Below are positions 29,176-42,263 of a stretch of 64,000 nt of DNA, piece by piece; the stretch's first letter is position 1, and each line of letters begins with the position of its first letter. The DNA is from an uncultured Gammaproteobacteria bacterium. Its GTDB lineage: Bacteria; Pseudomonadota; Gammaproteobacteria; JAKDMP01. The stretch spans positions 1,052 to 65,051 of the forward strand of contig CAZPJI010000004.1 in the NCBI GenBank assembly GCA_964586925.1, read 5' to 3'. The notes under the pieces were generated by a model. It was not told the origin of the DNA. It ran no database searches and saw nothing but the letters and a program-made list of their open reading frames with translations. The translations under genes were made by a program, and so were the position numbers.

Positions 29176-30464
29176 GTGTGATCGTGCTTGACCGTGACGG
29201 CGTCATCAACGTCGATCGCGATGACTACGTAAAGAACCCGGCGGAGCTTGAATTCATCCCGGGCAGTCTAGAGGCGATGGCGCGTTTAAGTCGCGCCGGT
29301 CACGAACTGGTCATTGCAACCAACCAATCCGGGGTGGGGCGAGGCCTCTACAGCATGGCGTCCGTCGACGCCATCCATCGCCATCTCATTCGCGAAGCGG
29401 CCCGCAAGGGCGCTCGCATCAGTGGTATTTACGTTTGCCCCCATGCGCCACTGGCCGAATGCGACTGCCGCAAGCCAGCGCCGGGTTTGTTGCAACGGAT
29501 CGCAAGGGATTTCTCGGTCCCACCGGCAAAGCTGATCATGATCGGCGACACCAGCAAGGATCTTGGTGCGGCTGCGGCCGTAGGCGCTAAAGCCATTCTC
29601 GTTCGTACCGGCCAGGGAGAGGCCACTTTGGCCAGGCAAGCCACACCACCTGAAGACATACACGCTGACCTCGCCGCAGCAGCTGACGCACTGCTGGCCC
29701 ACCATCCCGGTGAATGGCTACTGGCTCTGGGTTCACTCGTATACAACGCCGCTTATGTCGCCAGCATCGCTGTATATGGGTTCATCTGTACGGTATTTGC
29801 CTTTCTACCGGGCGGAAGGCCGGGGCTTGAGGCTGTTGCGCGCGCATACGCACGCGTGTTCTTTGGGTTACTACGGTCAACGGTGGGTCTGAAAATGCGC
29901 ATCGAGGGACTGGAAAACGTGCCCGACACGCCGTGCGTGCTTTACCTCAGACATTCCTCCACCTGGGAAACCATGCTGCCTTTCATCCTGGTGCGCAGGC
30001 CGGCGTTCGTGCTCAAGCGTGAACTGCTCTGGATCCCCCTGGTGGGCTGGCCCCTTGCCCGGCTGGGCGCCATTGGGATCAATCGCCTCTCAAAACGGCG
30101 GGCGGTCGATCAGATCCGCAGTCAAGGTAAACGCCTGATCGCTCGCGGGCATACGATTGCCATATTTCCGGAAGGCCATCGGATGCCGCCGGGATCCACC
30201 CGCCGTTATGGTCTCTCTGGCGCCTTGCTTGCCCGTGACTGCCAGGTTCCCATCGTACCTGTCGCACATAATTCCGGAGAATTCTGGCCACGCCGTTCCT
30301 TTATCAAACGGCCAGGGACGGTTAGGGTCATCATTGGCCCACCCATTGAGACGGCGAACCGTGGTCCGGAAGCTATCAACCTGGAAGCCAAACGCTCAAT
30401 CGAACACAATATGCGGCGCATCAGTGTGGCGTATCAGGCCAAGCTTCCACCGCTAGAAGTTTAA
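29172..30464 (+). CDS. gmhB: Fusion: heptose-1,7-bisphosphate phosphatase GmhB + 1-acyl-glycerol-3-phosphate acyltransferase PlsC
   Basis: aa 1-175: LDRDGVIN, ATNQSG, CPH..CDCRKP, MIGD; C-terminal half: HSSTWET, FVLKRELL, IFPEG; junction translated by hand has no stop. Confidence 0.88.
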   Translation: MSVIVLDRDGVINVDRDDYVKNPAELEFIPGSLEAMARLSRAGHELVIATNQSGVGRGLYSMASVDAIHRHLIREAARKGARISGIYVCPHAPLAECDCRKPAPGLLQRIARDFSVPPAKLIMIGDTSKDLGAAAAVGAKAILVRTGQGEATLARQATPPEDIHADLAAAADALLAHHPGEWLLALGSLVYNAAYVASIAVYGFICTVFAFLPGGRPGLEAVARAYARVFFGLLRSTVGLKMRIEGLENVPDTPCVLYLRHSSTWETMLPFILVRRPAFVLKRELLWIPLVGWPLARLGAIGINRLSKRRAVDQIRSQGKRLIARGHTIAIFPEGHRMPPGSTRRYGLSGALLARDCQVPIVPVAHNSGEFWPRRSFIKRPGTVRVIIGPPIETANRGPEAINLEAKRSIEHNMRRISVAYQAKLPPLEV

Positions 30465-30485
30465 ACAGTCTCCCGATAGCGGAGG

Positions 30486-34018
<3,533 letters not shown>

Positions 34019-34102
34019 GGAAGCCCGAAATAGGCTTGGGGGAAGTAATCGCCCGGCTTACTGTCCTGCGTCATCCTGTTTGCCTGCGTATAGCATGGGT
34101 TG

Positions 34103-35206
34103 CTACAGCCGCATAGGCATAATGACATAGCGGTACCGTTCACTATCAGGCGCGCCCAGAAGTGCGCTGGAATTGGAATCCGTAAACTGGAATTCTACGG
34201 TCTCGCTGTCGAGAGCGGCTAAAGCGTCCTGCAGATAAGTCGCGTTGAAAGCGATAACCAGACGCTCACCTTCGTAGTTTGCGGTGACCTGTTCCTCGGC
34301 TTCCTCGTTCTCCGGATTGTGCGCAGCCAGCTTGAAGCCCTCGTCTGAGGCTTCCAGCCGAATACCACGGAATTTCTCATTGGCCAGGATCGCTACACGG
34401 GTGAGCGCTTCACGCAGGGGGCCGCGGTCCGTCACCAGCTTTTTGTTGCAGCTCTTGGGAATAACGCGATCATAATCAGGGAATTGGCCATCAATAAGTT
34501 TGGTCGTCATGACCTGTGTTCCCAGGTCAAAGCGGGCGTGGGTTTGAGTCAGCGTTACTTCAATCTGTTTTCCGGCTTGGCCGAGAAGACGCTCCAATTC
34601 CATAACCGCCTTGCGGGGCAGAATAGCCGCCTGCTCCCCCTCTACCTCGGGATTCTGCTCCGCATCGCATAAGGCAAGACGGTGCCCATCAGTAGCGACG
34701 GCACGCAACCGTTCTGGAGATAATTCCAGCAGGAGCCCCGTCAGATAGTATCTGACGTCTTGTTGTGCCATTGCGAACGCACTGCGCTTGAGCAAGTCGG
34801 ACAAGACACTGCTTTCGATACTGAAGCGCAAGCCGCTGTCCAGGTCTCCGACCGTAGGAAATTCATCCACGGGCAACGTGGTCAAGACGAAACGGCTCCG
34901 TCCGGAACCAAGCCGCAACCGGCCTTCCTCCTGGCTGAGCTTGATGCTGGCTCCCTCCGGGAGTGCACGGCATATATCCAAAAGTTTACGCGCGGGTACC
35001 GTGGAAGCTCCGGTCTTCTTGCCGCCCTGCGACAAACGTGCATTCATTTCCACTTCAAGATCAGTCGTTACCAGGCGGATTGCGTTATCCGCTTCCACTT
35101 CGATGCAAACATTACCAAGGATGGGAATTGTTTGCCGACGTTCTACAACACCAATGACGGCTTGCAAGGGTTGAAGGATTTCTTCTCTTAATAATTCAAT
35201 TTCCAT
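34103..35206 (-). CDS. dnaN: DNA polymerase III beta clamp
   Basis: VERRQTIPILGN, TDLEVE, QDVRYYLTG, ATDGHRL, GQFPDY, YVIMPMRL. Confidence 0.98.
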   Translation of the reverse strand: MEIELLREEILQPLQAVIGVVERRQTIPILGNVCIEVEADNAIRLVTTDLEVEMNARLSQGGKKTGASTVPARKLLDICRALPEGASIKLSQEEGRLRLGSGRSRFVLTTLPVDEFPTVGDLDSGLRFSIESSVLSDLLKRSAFAMAQQDVRYYLTGLLLELSPERLRAVATDGHRLALCDAEQNPEVEGEQAAILPRKAVMELERLLGQAGKQIEVTLTQTHARFDLGTQVMTTKLIDGQFPDYDRVIPKSCNKKLVTDRGPLREALTRVAILANEKFRGIRLEASDEGFKLAAHNPENEEAEEQVTANYEGERLVIAFNATYLQDALAALDSETVEFQFTDSNSSALLGAPDSERYRYVIMPMRL

Positions 35207-35385
35207 AATTTCATCCTGTCATAGTAATTAGTGCTGTGAATATCGTAAAAACCCTAATTTAAAGTTAAAAAACAACAAGTTATAGATTTTCTTCTATTGT
35301 ATAAGTTGACCATTTTCGGTTGATGTTTTGTGGATAACTTCAGTCTTTTTTCCGATGCACAGTTTATCCACAAGTCGTCCCGTAT
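35207..35385. other. Putative oriC (dnaA-dnaN intergenic region)
   Basis: Two perfect DnaA boxes, TGTGGATAA 35329-35337 and TTATCCACA 35364-35372, next to a strongly AT-rich tract (about 35207-35320) in a GC-rich genome. Confidence 0.75.
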
Positions 35386-36717
35386 TCATACCGAAAGTTG
35401 TTTCACCAGATTTTGGTAGTCAGAATCCATTTGCGCATCACTCGCCCTTAGCTCGCGTATTTTGCGGCAGGCATGCAAAACGGTGCTATGGTCCCGGCCG
35501 CCGAATGCATTACCGATTTCAGGTAGGCTATGGCGGGTTAATTCCTTGGCGAGAGACATGGCGATTTGCCGTGGCCGGGTAACAGAACGTGAGCGATTCT
35601 TGGAGCACAGGTCTGCAGTACGTATGCGGAAATAATTAGCGACCGTGCTCTGGATATTATCGATGGTAACCAGCTTCTGCTGTACGGCCAGGAGATCCCG
35701 CAAAGCTTCCCGGGCCAGATCGAGTGAGACCGGCCGCCGGGTAAACCGGGCTGTGGCAAGGACGCGCCTAAGAGCCCCCTCAAGTTCGCGGACGTTGGAG
35801 CTGATGCGCTGGGCGAGGAAGAAAGCCACGGATTCCGGCAATTCGATGCCCTGCTGCTGGGCCTTGCTCATGGCGATCGCGACCCGTGTTTCGAGTTCGG
35901 GTGGATCGACCGAAGCAATCAGACCCCATCCAAAGCGGGATTTCAGACGTTCTTCCAACCCCGAGATTTCTTTCGGGTAGCGGTCGCTGGTCAACACGAT
36001 TTGGTGCCGTCCCTCCATCAGCGTGTTGAAGGTGTGGAAGAACTCTTCCTGAGAACGCTCCTTATTGGCGAAGAACTGAATGTCATCTATGAGCAGCACG
36101 TCCAGGGAACGGTATTGCTCCTTGAAGCTGTCGATGCGCCCATGCTGCAGAGCCCGGATCATATCGTTGACGAAGCGTTCGGATTGCACGTAGGCGACGC
36201 GTCGACGGCCCCCGTCCTGCTCACTCAAATGGTTTGCCAGGCTATGCATAAGGTGCGTTTTGCCCAGACCCACGCCGCCGTAGATGAACAAAGGATTGTA
36301 TTGTCCGCCCGGTTGCTCGGCTACCAGGAGGGCGGCGGCACGTGCCATCTGGTTGGATGGCCCCTCGATGAAATTAGCAAAACGGTAGGCTGGGTTGATC
36401 GGGTTTCCAGGCACCGGTGGCCGATCCCGGACGCTGCGACGCTTGTTGGCGTCCGGCGGCAGGCCTTCTTCTTCACCGGAGCCCAAGCCGAGTTCTACAC
36501 GTGCGTTGGGATCGGAATCGAATTCTTGTGTCAGAGCCCTGATCTTGTCCAGGAAGCGGGATTCAACTTCCTTGAGGACAAATCGATTGGGAGCCAGCAG
36601 CCGCAGTGAGCCGTCGTTTTCTACCGCATGCAATGGCCGCAGCCAGAGGTTCAGATCGCGCTCTTCACACTCCTGTTCCAGGCGGTTAAAACAACGTTGC
36701 CATAGGCTTGCGGCCAT
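35386..36717 (-). CDS. dnaA: Chromosomal replication initiator
   Basis: YNPLFIYGGVGLGKTHL, LLIDDIQF, RLKSRFGWG, NVRELEGAL, GGRDHSTVLHA. Confidence 0.99.
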   Translation of the reverse strand: MAASLWQRCFNRLEQECEERDLNLWLRPLHAVENDGSLRLLAPNRFVLKEVESRFLDKIRALTQEFDSDPNARVELGLGSGEEEGLPPDANKRRSVRDRPPVPGNPINPAYRFANFIEGPSNQMARAAALLVAEQPGGQYNPLFIYGGVGLGKTHLMHSLANHLSEQDGGRRRVAYVQSERFVNDMIRALQHGRIDSFKEQYRSLDVLLIDDIQFFANKERSQEEFFHTFNTLMEGRHQIVLTSDRYPKEISGLEERLKSRFGWGLIASVDPPELETRVAIAMSKAQQQGIELPESVAFFLAQRISSNVRELEGALRRVLATARFTRRPVSLDLAREALRDLLAVQQKLVTIDNIQSTVANYFRIRTADLCSKNRSRSVTRPRQIAMSLAKELTRHSLPEIGNAFGGRDHSTVLHACRKIRELRASDAQMDSDYQNLVKQLSV

Positions 36718-36872
36718 TGCCTGAAAACTGTCGGGAAAGGCCTCACAGTCTAACTCCCATGCGTCCCCCGATCTACTGCTTCGAACCTTGACATGAGGCC
36801 TGTGGACTGGTCTAATGTGCGACCAGCTTTAAAGCATGTGTGAGCGCGTCGCCGCGCCGATCAAGGTCCAAC

Positions 36873-37007
36873 ATGAAACGAACCTACCAGCCCAGCAAAA
36901 TTCATCGCAAACGTACGCATGGATTCCGTGCACGGATGGCTACCAAAGGGGGCCGGCTTGTGCTCAAGTCCCGCCGTGCCAAGGGGCGTGCCCGCCTCAG
37001 CGCCTGA
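36873..37007 (+). CDS. rpmH: 50S ribosomal protein L34 (absent from ORF track)
   Basis: Hand translation: [44 protein letters not shown]. Confidence 0.97.
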   Translation: MKRTYQPSKIHRKRTHGFRARMATKGGRLVLKSRRAKGRARLSA

Positions 37008-37347
37008 CGCCAAGTCCGGCTACGGTTTCCCCCGTGCGGCACGCCTGACCCGTCCGTCTGAGTTCACGCGTGTATTCAAACAAGGGCACCGCAGCCACAC
37101 ACGCTACTTTATCCTTGTTGCGACCTCAGGCGGCGTACGGGCCAGATTGGGTCTTGCCGTCGGTCGCAAGGCTTCACCGCGGGCGGTTGCCCGGAACCGG
37201 ATCAAACGGATAGTTCGTGATGCATTTCGCCGTACACCATTGCCGTCCATGGACTTCGTCGTCGTGGCGCGCAGCGGTTGCGGACGTGTGGACTCAGAAG
37301 CGTTGCGCAAGGATCTCCTTGTGGCCCTGGAAGCATTGAAGCAATGA
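36988..37347 (+). CDS. rnpA: RNase P protein component (GTG start 36988 inferred)
   Basis: FPRAARL....[23 protein letters not shown] (RNR motif), MDFVVVAR. Confidence 0.92.
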   Translation: MPASAPDAKSGYGFPRAARLTRPSEFTRVFKQGHRSHTRYFILVATSGGVRARLGLAVGRKASPRAVARNRIKRIVRDAFRRTPLPSMDFVVVARSGCGRVDSEALRKDLLVALEALKQ

Positions 37348-37568
37348 GATCCGTGATCATCGCCTGCATCCGCTTTTACCAAATCGTGTTCAGTCCCTGG
37401 CTGGGCAATCATTGCCGCTACTCCCCCACCTGCTCCGCCTACGCCATCGAAGCGGTGCGCAGGCACGGTGTCGTCCGCGGTCTGATCCTGGGCATCGCCC
37501 GGATCAGCCGTTGTCATCCTTTCCACGCCGGAGGCCATGATCCGGTGCCGCCGAGAACACATCACTGA
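37344..37568 (+). CDS. yidD: Membrane protein insertion efficiency factor
   Basis: YQIVFSP..G.HCRYSPTCS.YA.EA...HG...G......RI.RCHPF..GG.DPVP. Confidence 0.95.
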   Translation: MRSVIIACIRFYQIVFSPWLGNHCRYSPTCSAYAIEAVRRHGVVRGLILGIARISRCHPFHAGGHDPVPPRTHH

Positions 37569-39283
37569 TGGATACACGTCGACTTTTTCTCTATATTGCA
37601 TTGGGCTTGATCCTTTTACTGCTCTGGCAGCAGTGGCAAGCGGATCATCCTGTGCCGGTGCAGCATCCGGCTACGCCGGCGGCCAGCAGTACGGCGGCGG
37701 CAGGTAATCAGGCGGCGACGCCGGAAGCGACCTCTCCGAACAAGTCGACCCCACAGACACCGGCCGTAGCGTCGGTAAGCAACGGCGCGATCGGTATCGA
37801 AGCACCCGCCGGGCCGGAAATCACTGTGCATACGGATGTTCTGGATGTTGCCATAGCATTACAGGGCGGCGAACTGACCCGCGCAACCCTGCTCAAATAT
37901 CCGCAAAAGCTGCATTCGAAAGAAAAAGTCAGGTTGTTGGCGGCCGGAACCAGCCAGGGGCCGGCCATGATGATCAAGCCGGAACTGCACGGTTCCGCAT
38001 TGCCCGCAAACCCTGCATTTACAGCATCCGCCAAGGAATACCGTCTTATCCAGGGCCAGGACTCGCTACGCGTGCCACTCACCTGGCATGGAAACGGGAT
38101 CACCGTGCAGCGGGTGCTGGTATTCAAACGGGGCAGCTACCAGGTACAGGTGCAGACGAAAATCGTTAATGCAAGTGATAAGGCATTGACCCTGGTGCCG
38201 GGCGTACGCGTGGTCGGTTCCAATCCCATAACACCCAAACATTTTTGGGATCACTTCCTACCCAAGTACTATGCATATCGCGGACCGGCTTACTACAACG
38301 GCAAAGACGGGTATGAAAAGGTCACGATCAAGGACCTCAACGACCAGCCCCTAGATAAACAATTCAGTGGAGGCTGGATTGCTTCGGTGAAGCAATACTT
38401 TGTAGCGGCCGCGATTCCGGGGGGGAGGCAGAACGCACGATATTTTGCCCATACCCGGGACGGCAAGTACGCACTGGGCTATAACCTGGCACCTCTGGCA
38501 GTCACCGCGGGCGGCCAGGCGAGCACGGATATGCGACTTTTCCTGGGCCCCAAGAAGCAGGGTCTGCTAAAGCAGGTCGCACCCGGTTTGCCGCGTACCG
38601 TTGATTACGGCAAGGCCACGATTATTTGTAAGCCGATTTTTGCCGTTCTCTCTTTTATTCATCGTTTTCTCGGCAACTGGGGGTGGTCGATCATTATCCT
38701 GGTGCTGTTGATCAAGGCATTGTTCTACTTTCCTCAGCGCATGAGCGCACGCTCAATGGCCAAGATGCGTAAGTTGCAGCCGCGTCTTAAATTGCTGCGC
38801 GAGCGCTATAAGGACGATCGGCAGAAATTGTCCCAGGCGACCATGGATCTCTACAAGCAGGAAGGCGCCAATCCGGTGGGTGGTTGCCTGCCCATGCTGA
38901 TCCAGATTCCGATTTTCATCGGCTTGTTCTACGTGTTGATCTACAGTGTCGAGTTGCGCCAGGCGCCCTGGATGCTGTGGATTCATGATTTGTCACAGCC
39001 CGATCCCTATTACGTATTGCCCGTCATCTATGCGGCACTGAGTTTCATTCAGTTCCGCCTGCAGCCGCAGGCCATGGACAATGCGCAGGCCAAGATGATG
39101 ATGGTCATGCCGTTGCTGTTCGCGTTCTTCTATGCCTTGTTCCCGTCGGGCCTGGTCTTGTATTACACGCTCAGCACCGGCCTCAATATCGCGATCCAGT
39201 ACCAGGTCAACCATGAACTGGGAATGAAAGGGTTGGGTGTGTTGCCGAAGATCAATTGGCCGGGTGGCAAAAAAGGCGGTTGA
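37568..39283 (+). CDS. yidC: Membrane protein insertase
   Basis: N-terminal TM, periplasmic domain (KQYFVAA, LFLGPK), VDYG, GNWGWSII, KMRKLQP, NPVGGCLP.LIQIP, WIHDLS.PDP. Confidence 0.97.
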   Translation: MDTRRLFLYIALGLILLLLWQQWQADHPVPVQHPATPAASSTAAAGNQAATPEATSPNKSTPQTPAVASVSNGAIGIEAPAGPEITVHTDVLDVAIALQGGELTRATLLKYPQKLHSKEKVRLLAAGTSQGPAMMIKPELHGSALPANPAFTASAKEYRLIQGQDSLRVPLTWHGNGITVQRVLVFKRGSYQVQVQTKIVNASDKALTLVPGVRVVGSNPITPKHFWDHFLPKYYAYRGPAYYNGKDGYEKVTIKDLNDQPLDKQFSGGWIASVKQYFVAAAIPGGRQNARYFAHTRDGKYALGYNLAPLAVTAGGQASTDMRLFLGPKKQGLLKQVAPGLPRTVDYGKATIICKPIFAVLSFIHRFLGNWGWSIIILVLLIKALFYFPQRMSARSMAKMRKLQPRLKLLRERYKDDRQKLSQATMDLYKQEGANPVGGCLPMLIQIPIFIGLFYVLIYSVELRQAPWMLWIHDLSQPDPYYVLPVIYAALSFIQFRLQPQAMDNAQAKMMMVMPLLFAFFYALFPSGLVLYYTLSTGLNIAIQYQVNHELGMKGLGVLPKINWPGGKKGG

Positions 39284-39308
39284 TAGCAACCACCGCGTCG
39301 CGGCGAGA

Positions 39309-40547
39309 CTACTCGCCGCGCCAGCGCCGGAAAATCAGGCTGGTATTGATGCCGCCGAAGGCGAAGTTATTGCTCATCACGTAATCGACTTCGGCCTCGA
39401 GAGGCTTGCCGGTGATGTGATTGATCGGCGCGATGTCGTCGCCGGGGGTTTCCAGGTTGCGGGTCGGCGCGAACCAGCCCTCATTCATCATCTGGATGGC
39501 AAGCCACGCCTCAAGCGGCCCGCAGGCTCCGATCGGATGCCCGAAATAACCCTTCATGGAACTGACCGGCACCTGGTCTCCTAGAACTTCCAGCGTGGCC
39601 TGTGCTTCCGCCACATCGCCGCGGTCTGTGCCCGTGGCATGGGCACTTACGTACCCGATCTGCTCGGGTTTCAGCTCGGCGTTATCGAGGGCGGCACGCA
39701 TGACCTCAGCCATGGTGACCATATTGGGCCGGGTGATGTGGGTGCCATCGGTATTGCTGGCAAAGCCCGCGATCTCGGCATAGATTCTGGCACCCCGCGC
39801 ACTGGCATGCTCTAGATCTTCAAGGATGAGGGTAGCTCCGCCCTCGCCGACCACGATTCCGTCCCGGGTGGCATCGAATGGGCGCGGCGAGCGTTCAGGG
39901 GTTTCGTTCAAGGTACCGGTGGCACCGATCATATCGAAAACTACGGCACTGACTACCGACAGCTCATCGGCACCGCCGGCCACCATCAGTTCCTGACGTC
40001 CGTCCTGAATGGTTTCGTAGGAGTAGCCGATGCCCTGGCTGCCCGAGGTGCATGCGCTGCACGTCGGAATGAGTCGGCCCGTAATCTTGAAGAACACGCC
40101 GATGTTGACCGCTCCGGTTTGCGCCATCATCTGCACGTAGCTGTTGGGTGCTGCACCGCGTAGTGTGCCGAGTTCGGCGAAACGTCCCGCGGCGACGATG
40201 GGCTTGATGCTTCCTGCCGAGGATCCATAGGCGATGCCGGCGCGGCCGCTGCGCAGGATGGGTTCACCGATCAGTCCGGCGTCCTCGAGCGCGAGCTCGG
40301 AAGCCCGCACGGACAGGGTCGATACGCGGCCCATGCCGCGCATGATCTTGCGGTTGTAATGCGACGGCAGTTCGAAAGCCTGTGCAGGGGCGCCCAGGCG
40401 GGTGTGGAGTTCCTTGTAGTCGTCCCATTCGCTCATGTACCTCACGCCCGTACGGTTTTCCAGCAGGGCGCTGCGAATAGTGGGCCAATCGTGTCCGAGG
40501 GCCGTGAGGCCTCCGCATCCGGTCACGACGACACGGCGCTTCTTCAT
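39309..40547 (-). CDS. Beta-ketoacyl-ACP synthase (FabF/ApeR-like)
   Basis: RRVVVTG, SACTSGSQ (Cys), SAHATGT, KGYFGH, NNFAFGGIN. Confidence 0.92.
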   Translation of the reverse strand: MKKRRVVVTGCGGLTALGHDWPTIRSALLENRTGVRYMSEWDDYKELHTRLGAPAQAFELPSHYNRKIMRGMGRVSTLSVRASELALEDAGLIGEPILRSGRAGIAYGSSAGSIKPIVAAGRFAELGTLRGAAPNSYVQMMAQTGAVNIGVFFKITGRLIPTCSACTSGSQGIGYSYETIQDGRQELMVAGGADELSVVSAVVFDMIGATGTLNETPERSPRPFDATRDGIVVGEGGATLILEDLEHASARGARIYAEIAGFASNTDGTHITRPNMVTMAEVMRAALDNAELKPEQIGYVSAHATGTDRGDVAEAQATLEVLGDQVPVSSMKGYFGHPIGACGPLEAWLAIQMMNEGWFAPTRNLETPGDDIAPINHITGKPLEAEVDYVMSNNFAFGGINTSLIFRRWRGE

Positions 40548-41275
40548 GCAAGTCCTCCGTTGACTCCGATAACTTGTCGTGTGATGTAAGCGGCGGGCGG
40601 TGTGAACAGGAAGGCCACAATCGCGGCGACCTCCTCCGGCGTGCCGGCCCGGCCGGCGGGAATAAGTGGCAGGATGTGCTCCTGGGGCACCTCGGCGCTC
40701 ATATCGGTCTCTATCAGTCCAGGGGCTACGCAGTTGACGGTAATCCGGCGGCTGGCCAGTTCCACCGCCAGGGCCTTGGTGGCGCCGATGATGCCGGCCT
40801 TGGCGGCACTGTAATTGACCTGACCACGGTTGCCAATCTGCCCGGCGACCGAAGACAGGGTGACGATGCGTCCACCCGATCGCAGCCGGACCATCGGCAT
40901 CACCAGTGGCTGAACAACATTGTAGAAGCCGTCCAGGTTAGTGGTGAGGACGTTGTCCCAGGCATCGCCGTCCATGGCGGCAAAGGTATCGTCGTCGGTG
41001 ACGCCGGCATTGGCGACGATTCCCCAGAAGGCGCCGTTGTCCTTGATCTCGCCTTCCAGCGCATCCCGGGTTTGTTCGCGGTCGGCCACGTTGAACGCCA
41101 GGACGGAAGCCGTTCCGCCCGCGTCGCGGATGCCGGCAGCGGTATCCTGCGCAGCATCGACGCGGCTACGGCAATGAACCACGATCTCGAAGCCTGCGCC
41201 ACCCAGTGCCAGGGCGATCGCGCGCCCTATCCCGCGGCTAGCGCCTGTCACCAGAACCCGCTGTTGATCCGTCAT
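40544..41275 (-). CDS. 3-oxoacyl-ACP reductase (FabG/ApeQ-like)
   Basis: VLVTGASRGIG, NAGVTDD, GNRGQVNYSAAK, NCVAPGLIET, VNGG; ATG at 41275. Confidence 0.92.
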   Translation of the reverse strand: MTDQQRVLVTGASRGIGRAIALALGGAGFEIVVHCRSRVDAAQDTAAGIRDAGGTASVLAFNVADREQTRDALEGEIKDNGAFWGIVANAGVTDDDTFAAMDGDAWDNVLTTNLDGFYNVVQPLVMPMVRLRSGGRIVTLSSVAGQIGNRGQVNYSAAKAGIIGATKALAVELASRRITVNCVAPGLIETDMSAEVPQEHILPLIPAGRAGTPEEVAAIVAFLFTPPAAYITRQVIGVNGGLA

Positions 41276-41745
41276 GCTTCTCCCTGGTTCATATCGCCGC
41301 ACCACAGCATCAGGCGGGCACTGACATATAGTTTATCGGCGCACAGGATACGACACTCGAATGTGCCCAATTCGCCGTTTTCCAGATCTGCGGCCTCGCA
41401 ATCGGCCTCGATACGCAGTTCGGTATCCACAGGAAGTCGAGGTTCGGCGATATCGATGCGCTTTACACCGACCAGATAGCCCACAGCCGGCGAGTGGCCC
41501 GTGTTGTCCGGAGTTCGGGATAATCCCAGGTACAGGCCCGCGCACTGGGCCATGATCTCGAGGCCGGCCCAGCCCGGTACGCCGAGGCGCTCAGGGTCAT
41601 ACAGCGCGCTGGCTTCGCGAACGGTCCATTGCGCCGCGACTCTCTGCCCGGGGGCAAAGTCGAGAATACGATCCACGCAACAGGCTTCCGGGCCGTGGGG
41701 CAGCAAGTCAAGGGGCATGGGCCACGCGGCCGGGCAGCTGTTCAC
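41272..41745 (-). CDS. Hotdog-fold dehydratase (ApeP-like); GTG start 41745 inferred
   Basis: LLPH, VDRI, GLEIMAQ, GYLVGVK. Confidence 0.85.
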   Translation of the reverse strand: MNSCPAAWPMPLDLLPHGPEACCVDRILDFAPGQRVAAQWTVREASALYDPERLGVPGWAGLEIMAQCAGLYLGLSRTPDNTGHSPAVGYLVGVKRIDIAEPRLPVDTELRIEADCEAADLENGELGTFECRILCADKLYVSARLMLWCGDMNQGEA

Positions 41746-42218
41746 AGGAATTTTTCCAGGCATTTGAGCAAGACATCGGGGGTGGCAAGCTGCATTTCGC
41801 CATCGGCGTCCACAGCGCACTGGAGGGTGTAGCCGGTTGTGATGCGGGCCCCGTTCTCCGCGTCCGTGATGAGATAACCGATACGCAAGGCGCATTCCCA
41901 CTGCTCGATACCCGCCGCCACATGCAGCCGCTGTGCATAACGGGAGGCCTGCACATAGCGGAGTTTGGCCTCGATAATCGGCCAGGTGTAACCCGAGGCT
42001 TGCATGTCCGGGTAGTCGTAACCGATCTTACGCATCAGGGCGACCCGCGCCGATTCGAAGTGGCGCAGGTAGTGGCCGTGCCAGGTAATCGCCATGGGAT
42101 CCAGGTCGGGGAATTCCACCTCGATCTCCACTGACGCCTCGACCAGCCAGTTTTTGCGGGTGCGCGCAGCACGGCTGCCGGCTGTGGACGTGTTCATGGG
42201 GCAGGGCTCAAGTGGCAT
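41742..42218 (-). CDS. Acyl-CoA/ACP thioesterase (ApeK-like, 4HBT family)
   Basis: F.DLDPM.ITWHGHY..HFESAR, GY.WPIIE, L.IGY.I.DA..G...T.G.T.Q.AV. Confidence 0.88.
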   Translation of the reverse strand: MPLEPCPMNTSTAGSRAARTRKNWLVEASVEIEVEFPDLDPMAITWHGHYLRHFESARVALMRKIGYDYPDMQASGYTWPIIEAKLRYVQASRYAQRLHVAAGIEQWECALRIGYLITDAENGARITTGYTLQCAVDADGEMQLATPDVLLKCLEKFL

Positions 42219-42263
42219 GAATATAGCTCTTCGAGGGTTTGTACGCAGGATACATGAGCAGAC

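Noticed and set aside
29710-29892. Separate plsC start at GTG 29710
   Set aside because: That GTG is in another frame and gives an unrelated 60-aa ORF; the PlsC motifs are in the GmhB frame.
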